Of a stretch of 64,000 bases of DNA, positions 41,010 through 54,000 are shown in pieces. Within the stretch, counting starts at the first letter, position 1. Each line of letters begins with the position of its first letter. This DNA is from Pelagomonas calceolata (lineage: Eukaryota), in the NCBI GenBank assembly GCA_918797485.1, contig CAKKNE010000002.1, positions 4,650,001 through 4,714,000 on the forward strand, read 5' to 3'. Below the pieces are notes generated by a model that saw only the letters and a program-made list of their open reading frames with translations, ran no database searches and had not been told where the DNA came from. The position numbers were made by a program, and so were the translations under genes.

Positions 41010-41578
41010 GGCTGCGGCGGCTTGCGTGTGCGCCGCGCTTTTTAGGGTTGGGCTAGGAGCTGCAGCCGCGGTTCTCGCGCTGTCAGATGGTGGAGATCGC
41101 TGGAGCGCTTCGCTAGGATGACGCGTGCGTCACAAATAAGCGCTCGGCGGGCCGTAATAAGTCCGAGGAAGTCGATTTGTGATTTGGCTGCCTAAACCCG
41201 CACGAAAAGGATTCGTCCAGAGACGACTTTGTATGATGAAATATGCCTGTTTTGCTTCGCGCAGAAGACTGCCTTGCACATGCCTCGGCCTGCTTAGAAA
41301 AAATTTGCAGCTGCATCACGCGCGGCGGCTTATCCACGCGGCCGACGCATAGCTCGTTTGCACAAGCAGCGCAGCGGTTCAAACGAATTGCAAACGGCTG
41401 CGACAGTGAACCAGCTGGGACAGCAAACGCCGCTCCAGCAAAAAAATAGGTGTCCAGCCAGGGCTGAGCCCCAAATAAAAAAACCGGCGGAGCGCGCGCA
41501 GCGCTGGAGCGCCTGCCGCAGAACTACTGGGCGCAGCGGCGGCGCGCCTTGTCATCACCAAAGAAAACGAGCAAAACC

Positions 41579-44500
41579 ATGGAGACCATCACGCTCCGCT
41601 CTTTGACGAAGATAAAAAAGCATTGCCGCGGCCAGGCCAAGCTCAAAGATTTACGAGCAGTCTGCGACGAACAGATCCAACGCATCGAAGCGTACAAGGC
41701 CGGCGGTGAAGGTGGTGATGATGCGAGTCCGTTCTTCGAGCCGCTCCGATTGGCCTGTAAGTCACTCCACGCGCCATGCATGGAGGAAGCCTTAGATTGC
41801 ATCCAGAAGCTCATCGCGTATGGCTACCTCCGAGGGACCGCTAGAGGCCCCGCGTCGCGTGACGACGACGACGACGAGGTGACCCCGAAGGAGACGCGGA
41901 CACCGTCGACGATGGATAGCATCATAGAAACGATCTGTGGGTGCGACGACTTCGACGACGACAACGTGCAATTGCAGGTCATCAAGGCGCTGTTGACGGC
42001 CGTTACGTCGCAAACGTGTGAGGTGCATGAAGGGGGGTTGTTGGTAGCCGTGCGATCGTGCTACAACATCCACTTAGTTACTCGTAATGCTGTGAATAAA
42101 ACGACCGCAAAGGCTACGTTGACCCAGATGTTGTCGATAGTGTTCCAGCGCATGGAGGCGGCCGACGCCGGGGCACCTACCGTTCCCGATACTACATATG
42201 TGGAAGGTGATAGTGTACATGTACCAGACTACGGGTTGGGTACTGTCGTTTCGTGTGATGGCACGAATTGCGTCATATCATTACAAGCCTGGGAGCAGGA
42301 CGGCGAGGCGGCTCAATTGCACTGCTCGACGACTTCCCTGCGACCGCCGGTCAACGAAGAGGGCCGCCAGAAGAAGGTCGTCGGCACGGACCCGACGCCC
42401 GGCGCCGAATTAAGAGATGGTTCTCTGGTCTTAGTGAGGCAAGACTCCTCAGCGCAGTTCTCGAGCGCGCATCACAAGGACGCGTTTCTGCTCGTCCGAG
42501 CCTCTGTAAATTAAGCATGAAGGGCGGCCCCGCGGAAGGCAACGAGGCGGACCCCGCCGAGCCCATCTCCATGCAGTCCAAGGTGTTGTCCTTAGAACTA
42601 CTGTTAAGTGTCTTGGAACATGCTGGACCTGCATTTAGGAAGGGTCCGAGGTTCGTTGGGGCGGTTAGACAGTACCTCTGCGTCTCCTTACTGAAGAACT
42701 GCACGTCGTCGGCGACGCACGTCGTCGCCCTGGCGTTGCGACTCTTCGTGGCACTCATCGTCCGCTTCCGATCGAATCTGAAAGCCGAAGTCGAGGTCTT
42801 CATCTCCCACATCTTCCTACGTATTCTAGACAGCGACAACAGCACGCACGAGCACAAGATGCTCGTGCTGGAAGTGTTCCACCGGTTATGCGCCGACGCC
42901 GATGGGTTGGTGGAGTTGTTTTTGAGTTATGACGCGGACTTTGATAGTTTTGACATCTATCGGAACGTCGTGATTAGTCTAGGTAGAGTCGTCAAGGAGC
43001 CCATGCCGGTCCAGGAGTCCGGGGAGAAAGGGAGACGTTTATCTACGAATGATGGGGCATTGAGGAGACTAGCTCTGTCCGGACTAGTGGCGGCTCTCCA
43101 CTCCTTGGCGACGTCCTGCGGTGTGGATGTAGGTGAAAGTGAAGGCGGCGCCGAGGACTACGCCCAACCTTCCGACTCATTAGCTAGAGCGGCGCCCGGC
43201 CAACCGCGGCAGCCCGAAAAAGTAGCCCCACCCCCGCCCCCGGAGCTGTCGGAAACGCCACGAATGCTCTCTCGACGTAGTAGTGACGACCTGGCCAAGA
43301 CCAAACAGGAAAGATTGGCCTCGACGCAAGTCGACGCGTTCGACAGAAAACAAAGACTGCAGGAGGACCTCAAAGATGGGATCCTCAAGTTCAACCTCAA
43401 GCCCAAGCTCGGCCTGGCTTCCTTGCACAACAAGGGCCAGCTGGACCAGAACGATCCTAAAGCTGTGGCGCAGTTCTTATTACAAAATGCCGAGCGCCTT
43501 GATAAGACCGTGGTCGGGGACTACCTGGGCAAGGAGGAGACGTACCAGGACGGGTTTTGTGTCAAGGTGCTGCATAGCTACGGCGAGCAGATGGACTTCT
43601 CCGGTTTGTATCAGTGTCCTTTGTACTACGCCGTCGCCGCGAGAGCTCACACGTGAATCACGCAGGCCTCGAGTTCGACGTGGCCATCCGCCACTTCCTG
43701 TCTGGTTTTCGCCTGCCGGGCGAGGCCCAGAAGATCGACCGCATCATGGAGACCTTTGCGGCGCGGTACTGCGCGCTGAATAGCGAAGTGTTCCCGTCGG
43801 CTGATGTCGCATTTGTATTAGCGTTCTCCGTCATCATGCTCCAGACGGACCTCCACAATCCAGCCATCAAAGAAGAGAAGAAGATGACGAAGGACGGCTT
43901 CCGACGCAATAATAGGGGTATATGTAATGGGAGCGACCTCGACGCCCAATTCCTCGACGAGATCTTCGACCGCATCAAGGCCGCGCCCATCACGCTCGCC
44001 GAGGACGACAAGTTGCGGGAGAAGGAGGAGCAGGCCTCTACTTCCGTCGCTTCGTCCATGAGCGCGGCCTTTGGCCTGAATAGCGACGCGACGCGCCGCA
44101 AGCGAGCCGAGGCCTTCAGCAAAGAGAGGGAAGCCATGGTCCGTTCGTCCGTCCAAGCCATCCGCCAAGGCGCTCGACCGGCTTTTGCGGCTTTCAGACA
44201 GGACTCAGCCACCGAAGAATTTTCAAAACCGTCACCAGCGAACAAGGTCGCCGCAGCGGCAAAGATGTTCGAGGTCGCCTGGGGTCCCGGTTTATCCGCC
44301 TTTTCGCATGCGCTGGAGCGGATCTTCCACGGTCCTAGGCCTACGGCCCTGGCGCTGCGAGGCCTGAAGATCTCGGCTTGTCTCGCGTGTGCGCTCGAAT
44401 TGGATGTGGCTGCTCTATCCCTAGTGAACGCTCTAGCGTCATTTACAACTTTGGATGGGCCCTTCAAGGTCATGCTACCTCGCAATGCCGCTTGTGTCGA

Positions 44501-47042
44501 AGCGTTGTTAGGTCTCACAGCGGTCCCGGACTGTGCCGAGAACTTAGGCTCGGCCTGGTTGCCCGTACTGAGAGTAGCGTCGCGGGTAGCCCACTTACGC
44601 CTACTAACGACAGGAGCGCGGACCGACGACGCCTACTTCACCTCTACCCATGCGCCGGACGAAAAGGAGTATCAAGATAGGAAATTGCGAGATGAGGAAA
44701 GCGCCAGGGCCTTGGCGGCGCACTCCGTGCTCACGGATGCTTCACTAGATGAACTGTACGCTCGCTCCACGAAGTTGTCAGCTGTTGGGGTCGAGAGATT
44801 CGTGGCCGAACTCTGCGCCGTGTCCGCAGCGGAGCTATCCACGGGAGATCCGTCGAGCGGCACGCAGTACTTCCTCGACGAATCGGATCTGAGGCCGGGC
44901 GGCAAGTACGACGACTTACAACCGTTACCGGCGTTAGGAGACCCGAGGCGGCCGCGAGTGGCGGCATTGCAAAGATTAGTAGATGTCGCGGATATGAACG
45001 TGCACTTGAGGCCTAGATTAGCTTGGGACCGCATGTGGCGCGTCCTGGCGGCGCATTTTGCGAGGGCGGGAGCCCACGCGAATGCAGATGTGGCCACGTA
45101 CGTTGTCGACTCGCTGCGCCAGCTATCGCTCAAGTTCTTGGCCAAAGAGGAGCTCAAGGCGTTCACGTTCCAAAGGGCGTTCCTGAAGCCCTTCGAACGG
45201 GCGTTCCGGGCGAACCAAGGGTCGCTGGATAGAGCTCCGGTGCGGGCGTACATTGTCGCTTGTCTCGATGTTTTGGTGCAAGCTCGAGCTTCGAAGATTA
45301 GGTCTGGATGGAAATCAATACTAGGCGTGCTGAAGGACGCGTCCGGCGATCCCGACCGAGCTGTGTCGCAAGCGGCCTTCGAAGCTCTCGGACGGGTCTT
45401 GGACCACCATCTAGCGTTGGTGGCGCCCGACTTCGTTTCTGTGGTAGGAACGGCGGCTTCTTTTGCTTCATATAGTTCAAATGACGAAGCTCGATCGGCT
45501 ACGGCGCTAGAAGCTCTAGCTAGGTTGGACGCGTGTGCTCGCGCACTAGCGGACGGATCGATACGAGCAGCTACGAGAGCCGCCTCGGCGTCGCGTGACG
45601 GAGACCTCCCGGAAGGACCGGAGAACGAACCCCCTCCAGACGACGCGCAACTCGAACTGTGGTGGCCCCTCTTACTAGGTCTGGCGCGACTCGTCGCGGA
45701 TCCGCGGGAAAAGGTCCGCAATGCCGCGTTAGCTACCCTAAGAAGAGTGCTGGAACGAGATGGCCTCAAGGAGTTCGGCGCGGAGACGTGGCGACTGGTC
45801 TTCCGGGGCGTCTTGTTCCCTTGTTTAGAATCAGCGTGGACCGACGACGCGCCTCGACCCGCTTCTGTCAGACCTACAGATCCACCCCCAGGACCACCCC
45901 CACCTAGTGAAGCGTCTTGGCTGGACACGACGGCTCCGGCGGTGCTGGATTGCATTGTTGGTTTGTATGCGCGTCTAGGTGGAAGCAGGGAGCACACGCC
46001 GTTGTTAGGTGAGGTATTAGCTTTGTTGGGAGATTGTGTGTGCCAGGACGCGGAGAGACTAGCCAGACTAGGAGTAGATGCTCTTGAGAGACTATGTCAG
46101 GCCGTTTCTTCATTCACAGATCCGGAGACGTCAGAGGAGGGTTGGGACGTCTGCTGCCGAGGCTTGGCGCACGTGGTTGAAAGAGCCTTGCCGCCTGCAT
46201 TGGATGCTTACCTGAGACCGGATCCCCGTCAACAAAAGGATAGGGACGCCGACGCCTTAGCTGCTTCATTACCGCGCGCGCCTACTCTCGCAAGACTCGT
46301 GGCGTCGCTGCGACTACCTCGGGTGTGCGGGCTGTTGCTGTCAGATGCCGCTAAAAGAGGTTCATTAACAGAGCAAGGTGCCGACGCGTTGCTCGGAGCA
46401 TTGGCCGGGTCGAGGCAATTCGCGTGCGCGTTCGACGCCGACGGTCCCTTGCGCAAGGCCTGTCTCACGTCGAGACTCATGGGCGCCGACGCTCCCGATC
46501 TAGTAGCTCAGAGAGTGTCGGCTGGCTCGGAGGCCTTTGCCGCTTTACAACGAGCCTTCTCGTCCAACAATGAAGGCATACGTTCATTGGCGGAGCCGCG
46601 GTTGCTGGGGTTATGTCGGGACGTCTTGCGCGAGTACGCCTCGGCCGAAAGGCGGGCTTTAGCGGAGAAGGCGGGCAAAACAGCGGGTCTGCCGCAGCCC
46701 GCGCAGTTGCTGGATAGCGCGACGCCTCTGGCGCTGGAAGCTTTGGCGTTCGTGCGCGACCTGGACGCCCAGGCCTTCGCGAAGCACTGCGCTTGGTTGG
46801 TACCTGTGCTCTCTGAATTGATCGTGTGCCAGTCGGTGCCTCTCCGGACGACGGTCGCGGCGGTCTTCGCCACCAGACTGCCGTCGGCTTTGCTATCGAC
46901 GACTCGCCCGGAGCGCGTCCAGACGCCGACGGACGCCGCGCTGGCGGCGCCGGTCTTCAGCCAGCCCGCGGACGCTGCGTCGCCGACGCGGCACCCGGGG
47001 ACGGTGTCGCGGGCGTACAAGCTCTTCGAGTCGCCGGCTTGA
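41579..47042 (+). CDS. SEC7: BIG/Sec7-type large ARF guanine-nucleotide exchange factor; 1-bp frameshift near 42501 and intron 43604-43665
   Basis: DCB (ALDCIQKLIAYGYL, VQLQVIKALLTAV), HUS (LFLSYDAD), Sec7 domain (FNLKPKLG, FRLPGEAQKIDRIME, LAFSVIMLQTDLHNP), HDS (DSLRQLSLKFL, IRSGWK). Confidence 0.92.
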
Positions 47043-47262
47043 TGAGCGCTTCTCCTTTCCCCTCCACGGGTAAGGTTGGTGTTCTCGAGTACTCCCGACG
47101 CCGTCCCCTCGTCAGTGACGGTTCGTGCTGCGGTCGATCCCGGATTCGTAGAGGGCAGCCTCAGGCTCAGGCTAGTTACGTCGCGGGGTCCCCGTCACCC
47201 CCAGGCGTCGCATCTAGTGTGTTTGTACCGCTAGCGTGTGATGCCAGATTTGCTCGCAGGAC

Positions 47263-47877
47263 TTGGTCCGGACCGACTTACGGCGTGCTCTCGGAGGCGA
47301 CGGGGGGACGCTCGCCGGCATCCCGTTCGCCCACGCGGCGTTGCCGTTTTTACCCTTTCTCTGGGTCGGCGCTGCAAATGTATTTAGCTGTAACGGCAAC
47401 TCGTGCGCCGCGATGGCGCGCCAGTATATGGGCGACGACGGCAGCCGCGCCCAGCTGCTAGTCGTAATCGGCAACGCGCTCTACTGGGTTCAGAATGTAC
47501 TCATCAGGTTGCCTATCTGGCCGCTGCTCTTCCGAATGCTCGCGACGACGTCCTCGTCGTATATCCGCTTCGCTGGCGACTGCGTGTTAGTTTGGGCGGC
47601 CTATGCCCTGCCTACGTTTCTCGCCCAATGGCCGGGTAGCATGTTCTGTTACCGAGGCTTGGGCCGTGGCGACGTTTGGGCCGCGGGCTGCGTCGCTTGG
47701 TTCTATGTGCTAGTCGCAGTGAATGTTAAGCTCTTCTCCGCGCCGCCGCGGACGCAACGCGGGCGGCGGCCGCCGATGACGCGGGCCGTCTCCTCGATCC
47801 GCTCCCCGCGCCGCGGCGGCGAGCCCGAGTTGACCTTTTTCCCGGCGGCGGCGTCGATGCCGGCGACGCCATCATGA
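47263..47877 (+). CDS. Hypothetical multi-TM protein fragment, start unresolved
   Basis: Hydrophobic helices in the ORF, possible acceptor at about 47259, no convincing upstream ATG exon. Confidence 0.35.
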   Translation: MVRTDLRRALGGDGGTLAGIPFAHAALPFLPFLWVGAANVFSCNGNSCAAMARQYMGDDGSRAQLLVVIGNALYWVQNVLIRLPIWPLLFRMLATTSSSYIRFAGDCVLVWAAYALPTFLAQWPGSMFCYRGLGRGDVWAAGCVAWFYVLVAVNVKLFSAPPRTQRGRRPPMTRAVSSIRSPRRGGEPELTFFPAAASMPATPS

Positions 47878-48015
47878 GCCGAGCCCCTTATCCCCATCGA
47901 ATCCCCATCGAATCCCCAACTCTGGAGACGCGTCTGGGACTATCCCACTGCGTAAGGTAAATCAAACCTCTATATATACACAACAATTTACCCGAGCGCG
48001 TATTGCACGCGGTCA

Positions 48016-51000
48016 TCACCAGAACGGGCACCAGCCCACGAAGGATTGGCAAAGGTTCTGCACGTCTGTCGCCTGTAGGATGAGCCGGTCGACCTGCTCC
48101 GCGACCGGCAGCCGCGGCCCGAAGTCCTCGCCGTTGAGTTTCGCCTGCACGCGAGCCATGACGGCCAGCGCGCGCTCGTTCAGGGCCCCGTTCGGCAGGT
48201 CCGCGCCGTCGGCCGCTCCCAAAGCGCGGACCCGCAGCGACTCTCTAGCTGATCGGTGATCCAGTCGCGACGCGGCCACGGAGTCGGGACGCGAGGCCCG
48301 GCCCGCAGCTCCAGAATACCTGGTAGAAGTCAGCGAGTTGGCCATACGAGTCATGCGATGGTGCATCGCTTCCCTGCTGCGCTGCGAGGAACGCCTCGAC
48401 CGACGCGAGTCCGCGGACCGCCGCGACCGCGCCAGGCTATGCCTCGAGGACGGCCGCGACGAATCGGGCGTATCGTCGCCCTCCTCGTCGTCGTCGTCGT
48501 CATCCGTCTGATCGCTATCATACGAGTCGTAGTCCTCTTCATCAGATTCTTCGTGATCAGACTCGTCGAGGACGGGCCGCGAGCTCGGCCGCGAACCGAC
48601 GCGGCGTGATGGTCTTTCATCACCAGGCTCTTGCGCACCTAACAAACGCCACGAAATTAACGGGTCGTGAATAAAGGCCTCCAACATACTCAAGAGCGAA
48701 TCCCTATTATCTCTGAGGACACGCATGACGCGCTCACAGGTCAATCTATAAGTACCTTCGACGCCCGACACCTCCATGGCGTGGACCAGCATCCGCGTCA
48801 ACCGGAAAGGAACTCTTTCGGGGAACTTGTCGCGGTGCATCGCCACCTCGAAGCAGTCCCCAAAATCTATGTGCAACACCTTGCCCGTCCTGCGATCCAA
48901 CATTAAGTTGGACGGGTGCCGATCCCCTAAACCCAGTATGTGGCCGACCATGGACATGACGGCCAGCGACCGCGCGTAGTGGGTCCGCCGCTCGAGCCAC
49001 TGCTCCGAATGTGAGCTCTTGAGCCAGAGCACCTTACTTAGATCATGACCAGCGGTGTTTGCTAATGCGGCATGAAACACTTCTACTTTCTGAGGGAGCC
49101 TGCGCGGAGCATCGCGGTCGCGCGACGCGGTCCGAATAGCCTTGTCTGATGGACACGAGTCGCGTCGATGGCGTGAATGCGTCTCTACACAACGGGACGC
49201 CGAGATCGCACGTCAAGGCATCATAGTCTGGTGCCAACTGCAACATCACGCGGTGCTCCACGTTCAGGACGACCTTCCGCGCGTCCCTGAAATCCCTTAC
49301 CAGAGCGTGTAAGGTATCACAGGCCGGCACCCAGCCGATAATCCCGCAGTTTTGTGATAAAGGAGTAATAGCGTACCTCTGAATCAGCAAGTGGCCGTGT
49401 TCCGAGGTCCTCCGATCCTTCGCTAAGAGGGCGTTGGCCAACCCGAACAACTGCATCGCTCTTTCATCTTGCCTCAGGTCCTCATGACCCTTTAACAAAA
49501 AGCCGTACTCCCTGCCATCTTCTCCTCTCATGGCTAAGCGTCGAGGTCGCTGTTTGGACGTGATAACATGTACTGAGGGAGAGAACCGTGCTATTCTAGC
49601 TGCTGAACCATCGACTCTGTAGGTTCCTGGTACCGCTAATTCTAATGAACGAGCATTTAGTAAAGCTGGAGACACATACCTTAACTCCAACGTCGTCAAT
49701 TGAGGTAATTGCTTGTTCACCCGCCGAAACACGGTATAATATAAATCCCAGGCCTGGTTCAAGGCGGCATCCGCGTCATCCCTTAGCTTCGCTCGCTGCG
49801 ACTGCGGCGACTGCGGCTCGTCGTCATCCCCACGCTCCTTTGCTGCAGCTTTCGCATCGGCCGCGACCGCAGCCGCAGCGGCGTCCTCGGCGACATCCGA
49901 CGCCTTCCGTCGCGGCGTATCGTCGAGCCCAAGGGCCTGTTCTTTGCTAACACAATTCTCATACTCCCCGAGACAGCGCGCGGCCTCCCTCAAGTCTCTC
50001 CCGAAGGCCTGCTTGAACGACGCCTCTCGTAGCGTGGTAGGTCCCGCGTCCAACTCCGCGTGCAGCGGCTTGAGGATGGCGAGCATGGCCTCGACGTCGC
50101 CGTCGCCGAAGTAAAGTCGCGACGCCTCCTCCAAGCCCTCGTGCCACTTCTCATGCCACAGGATGGCTACTCGCACTAACTCTTCTGATACAAGTAAAGC
50201 CTGCTCGACGAGTCGCGCCGCTACGCGTCGAGGCCCCGCGTCGATGATCGCTCGGGCAGCCGCGGCTCGGTCCGCTCTTGGAGACTTAAGTTGCAAGGCC
50301 AATGGGTAGACGAGGGCTTGGGGGTGCCTAGCGCCTAATCGCGCCAGCACTTGATACAGTGCTGACCGAGGTGACGAATCCCCGGCACCGACCCTCGCGA
50401 TGAGCTGAGGCAAGACGCCTAGCCAGGCGTCCAAAGGCGCCCCTCCTTCTTCGTCTCTGGGAACGAGTTGCGCTTCGACGTCCGGCTGCCGCCCAAAGCG
50501 GAACCACAGGTTCAATAAATTCAACAAATCTTGCTGGGCGCTTGCAGCTCTTCTCCGAGTACCCAGAGCCAACGCTCTAACGAACCCGCGAGCTGCCGCC
50601 ACCAACTGCGCGCGCACCTCCGGTCGTGATAAGGCCGCCGCGTCGGTACGTCTACGAGTAGCCCGCTGCACCGCGCGGTAATTCGCGAGCGCCCACGCGT
50701 GCCAGGCCTTGTAGGACGAGCCGTCTAGCGACGCCGCCGCCCGAAAGGCGTCGGCGGCGTCCTTTTGCTGGCGCGGGGTGGCGTCCTGTTGCGCCAGCTT
50801 CCAGTCCCCGACCCGCAACAAACAGCGAGCCCGTAACTTGCGAGAGTCGTCGTCGTCCTCCTTGGCCAGGGCCTCAGCCAACCCCTCCGCCCGTAGCAAA
50901 GCGTCACTTTCACGACCCGCCCGCCAGCAGTGCTTCGCGTAGGCGTACCGTAACCGTCGCTGGTCGTACGTCTCGTCTGAACACTCCGAGTGTGGATCGA

Positions 51001-54000
51001 AGCCCAGCTGCCTCGTAAGTACGCTTTCCGTGAGAGCCGCATTGCCCGCGTTTCGACAGAGTGACGCATATCGCAACCAGCCGTCGGGGTCGTCGCGATA
51101 GTCAAAAACTAACGCTCTGACATTTAAAACGCGCTGCCAAGTCGCCACATCGTCGGCACAACCAGCTAAACGTCTCCTCCAAGTAGAAGCTAAGTCTCTC
51201 CTTTTAGTACGCATCGACGACTGGGCTCGCACGGCGTCGCCGCCCCGTCGGACTTCGGCCCTTACTTCTCGTTCTAACTTGCGGACTTCCGCTATTTCTT
51301 CTAGCTCTGCCAATTGCTGCACTGTTACTGTGGTACCATACGCGCGCTTATAGGACTCTCCCACCAAAGCTGCGAAGGCCGGATGGAGCAACTTGCGCGC
51401 TTCGTCCACCAAACGAAGAGCGTCCACCGGAGACCGCCTCACGTCACAACCGTCAACCCCAGAAGGCCGCAACGCCAGCACCGCTCGGTAAAAGGGCTTC
51501 CCCGCGTCCTGGTCCTCCATGGCTCTGACAAAATCTCCCATCTCGCTCCACCTCCCGAGCGCCCAGGCCGCCCTTGCTCCGACATTAGCTGCTTTCATAA
51601 GTAAGCGTGGCACGGGCGTTTTGATGGAGTTGATCAACGGGGTGGGCGGCGGTGTGGGATACGAAGGTCGCCTAGCTTGGCCCTCGCCCCGCATGCCGGC
51701 TTCGGCTGCTAGTGTGTCAAGTGCCGCGGTCGAGGACCTTGTTCTGTTAATATTTTCCTTCGCTGCCTGTTTCAGGGGTTGCCAGTGCGCCACTAATAAA
51801 TCACAAGCTTCTCTCCAGGCTCCTAGGGCGTCCAAACATTTGACAGCGCCGAGGACAGCTTCCCCATCTGCGGGATCGGTATCTAACCTTCTTCTGTAGC
51901 GTTGTAGAGCCTCATCATATGAACCTAATTTACCTAACCAAGACTCATTCACGACAGACGAGGACGGCGGCGTCTGGTCCAAGGCCTCGTCGTCGTCTTC
52001 GACTTGGTCAGAGTTCGGATTGACATGTCTTGTGCGTCTTCGTCGCGCCGTTCTCCGTCGCGTAGCGTGCAACACGCCTAGAGCCGCCTCGGGCTGGGCC
52101 AATTTACGATTGATCGCTATGAGTTGTTCGGCGGCGGCGTGCCTATCTCTAGCTAGTTCCGGAGTGGCAAATTCGAGCTCCTTATAATGTAAAGCTTTCG
52201 CATACGCTCTACACCTTGTCGCCAAATCGGCTAACTGTCTGATATCAATGGGCAAAGCGTCGACGTCCCGTTCCATGAACTCCGCCAACTCGAGCAACGC
52301 TTGTAACGCGTCGGGGGCGGCCGCTTGGAGAGCATCGGACCGGAAGGCCGTTTCTAATGTTCTCACTAACGAGTCTCTGTATTGATCGTCCAGTTCGCCC
52401 CAACACGACACAAAGGCCGGCTGGAAGAGGTGGTGGGCTAGTCGAGGATAGGCATGCGCGACGGCCGCACACGCTCGCAATGCCGGTGACGGCGACTCTC
52501 GGAGTAGTTCTAACGACAATCTTCGTAACCAGTCGTTCCAGTCGTCGGCCGTGACTCTCTGACTGACGTCCCAGGCCCGCTGCAGGTTTGCCGGGTTGCT
52601 TCGGAAGACGGATTGGGGCGGCGACGCGGGATTCTCCAATGATGGTGCTCTAGATCTTCGACCGGATATGAAATGGATGTCGTGCGACGCCGTGTCATCA
52701 TCAGAATCACTCCCGTTGGACCAGTCGCCGTCTACTATTCTTCTAGACCATCGCTTGTAGGATCTAGAAGAAGGCCCTTCCGGGCCCACGCTCAGTGCTT
52801 TATCAGCTACGGGCGCAAACGGTTTAAATGCCGAGGCGCCCAACTGCGCTCGGCAAGATCTTAGAGTTGAATAACACGCATCTCGCAGGTGCTCGGCGTC
52901 CTGCGCTCGTTCCGATTGGAGTCTCAGTGAAGTATCGGCGCAGCCACTCCTCTCCAACAATCGACAGATGTCCCGCGTGATCCTAGCTCCCACGTCCTTT
53001 CGACGAGATAAGGCGCTTCCAGCACAGGACACCCGTAAGCACCTGACGACTCGCGCCTGCCACGCCGCCCCTTTCGCGGGTTGTTCTTCATCACAGGGCG
53101 TATACCCCTGGCCGCCCAAGGCATCCGCTAGTTTGAGTAGAGCTGGCGCTACCAAAAACAAAGCATCCGCTAGAGACTCTCTTAGGAGCATTGTCGCTCT
53201 CAGTACCAAGGCTAACCTAGCTTCATCGCGAGCAGCGGGCGGCACGTCATCCTCCGACACGTCCGAGGAAGGTGGCGCCAACGACGCCAACAACAACGGC
53301 AAAGCTCTAGTAGCAAAGGGCCGCATGGGCTCCTGGGCATTTGCGGAAGCGACTTGCTCCAACAAAGGCACTACTTGCTCTAAATGTTGAGCCCAGTACT
53401 CCACAACTAAGTCCAGGATTCTAGGTACGTAGTCCCTCAAATGATAACGAGCTGTTGATGCTAGTGACGCCAATTGCTGTAAGACGCTTTCCCGTAGGCC
53501 GGGCTCGCCGTCGCGAGCGACATCGAGCAAATGCGGCACGAGCGCACCGAGGAACGGGACACACCTATGTCCAAGGGCCTTCACGACTTGGGTCAACGCT
53601 TGCGTCGTCGTAGCATGGTGCGACGCTAACGAGGGGTCCCTTAGTACCCTTACAAGGGCATCAACGGCACATCGAGCATAGTACTCCTGGCCCTGCTGGG
53701 GCGTAGGCTTCTCCGCATCCTTCAGCTTCCGAGAAGAGCCATCTCTACGTCTTCTACGAGTATGTTTGAGAGATGGTCCAAACTCCTCGTCGTTATTTAT
53801 GGTACTCTTCGTCAATGTGGTAGTAGAGTAGTAGGCATCTTCATCAGTTCTTTGTTTCACTTCCGGCGTGTCCCGCACCGCCGGCAGAGCCACGGCGCAG
53901 CTCTGGGCGTACATGGCGGCCGCGGCCGGTTCACTAGGATCTTCGTCGAGGAGCGCCGCCAAGTGCGGAGCTAACAGGTCGTTCGTCAGAGCTCGTTTTC

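Noticed and set aside
47040..47045. TGATG after the SEC7 stop
   Set aside because: The downstream frame has no recognisable protein features and does not connect to the hydrophobic ORF.
48016..49080. Separate PI3K-like kinase gene
   Set aside because: It is the last TOR exon after intron 49100-49211.
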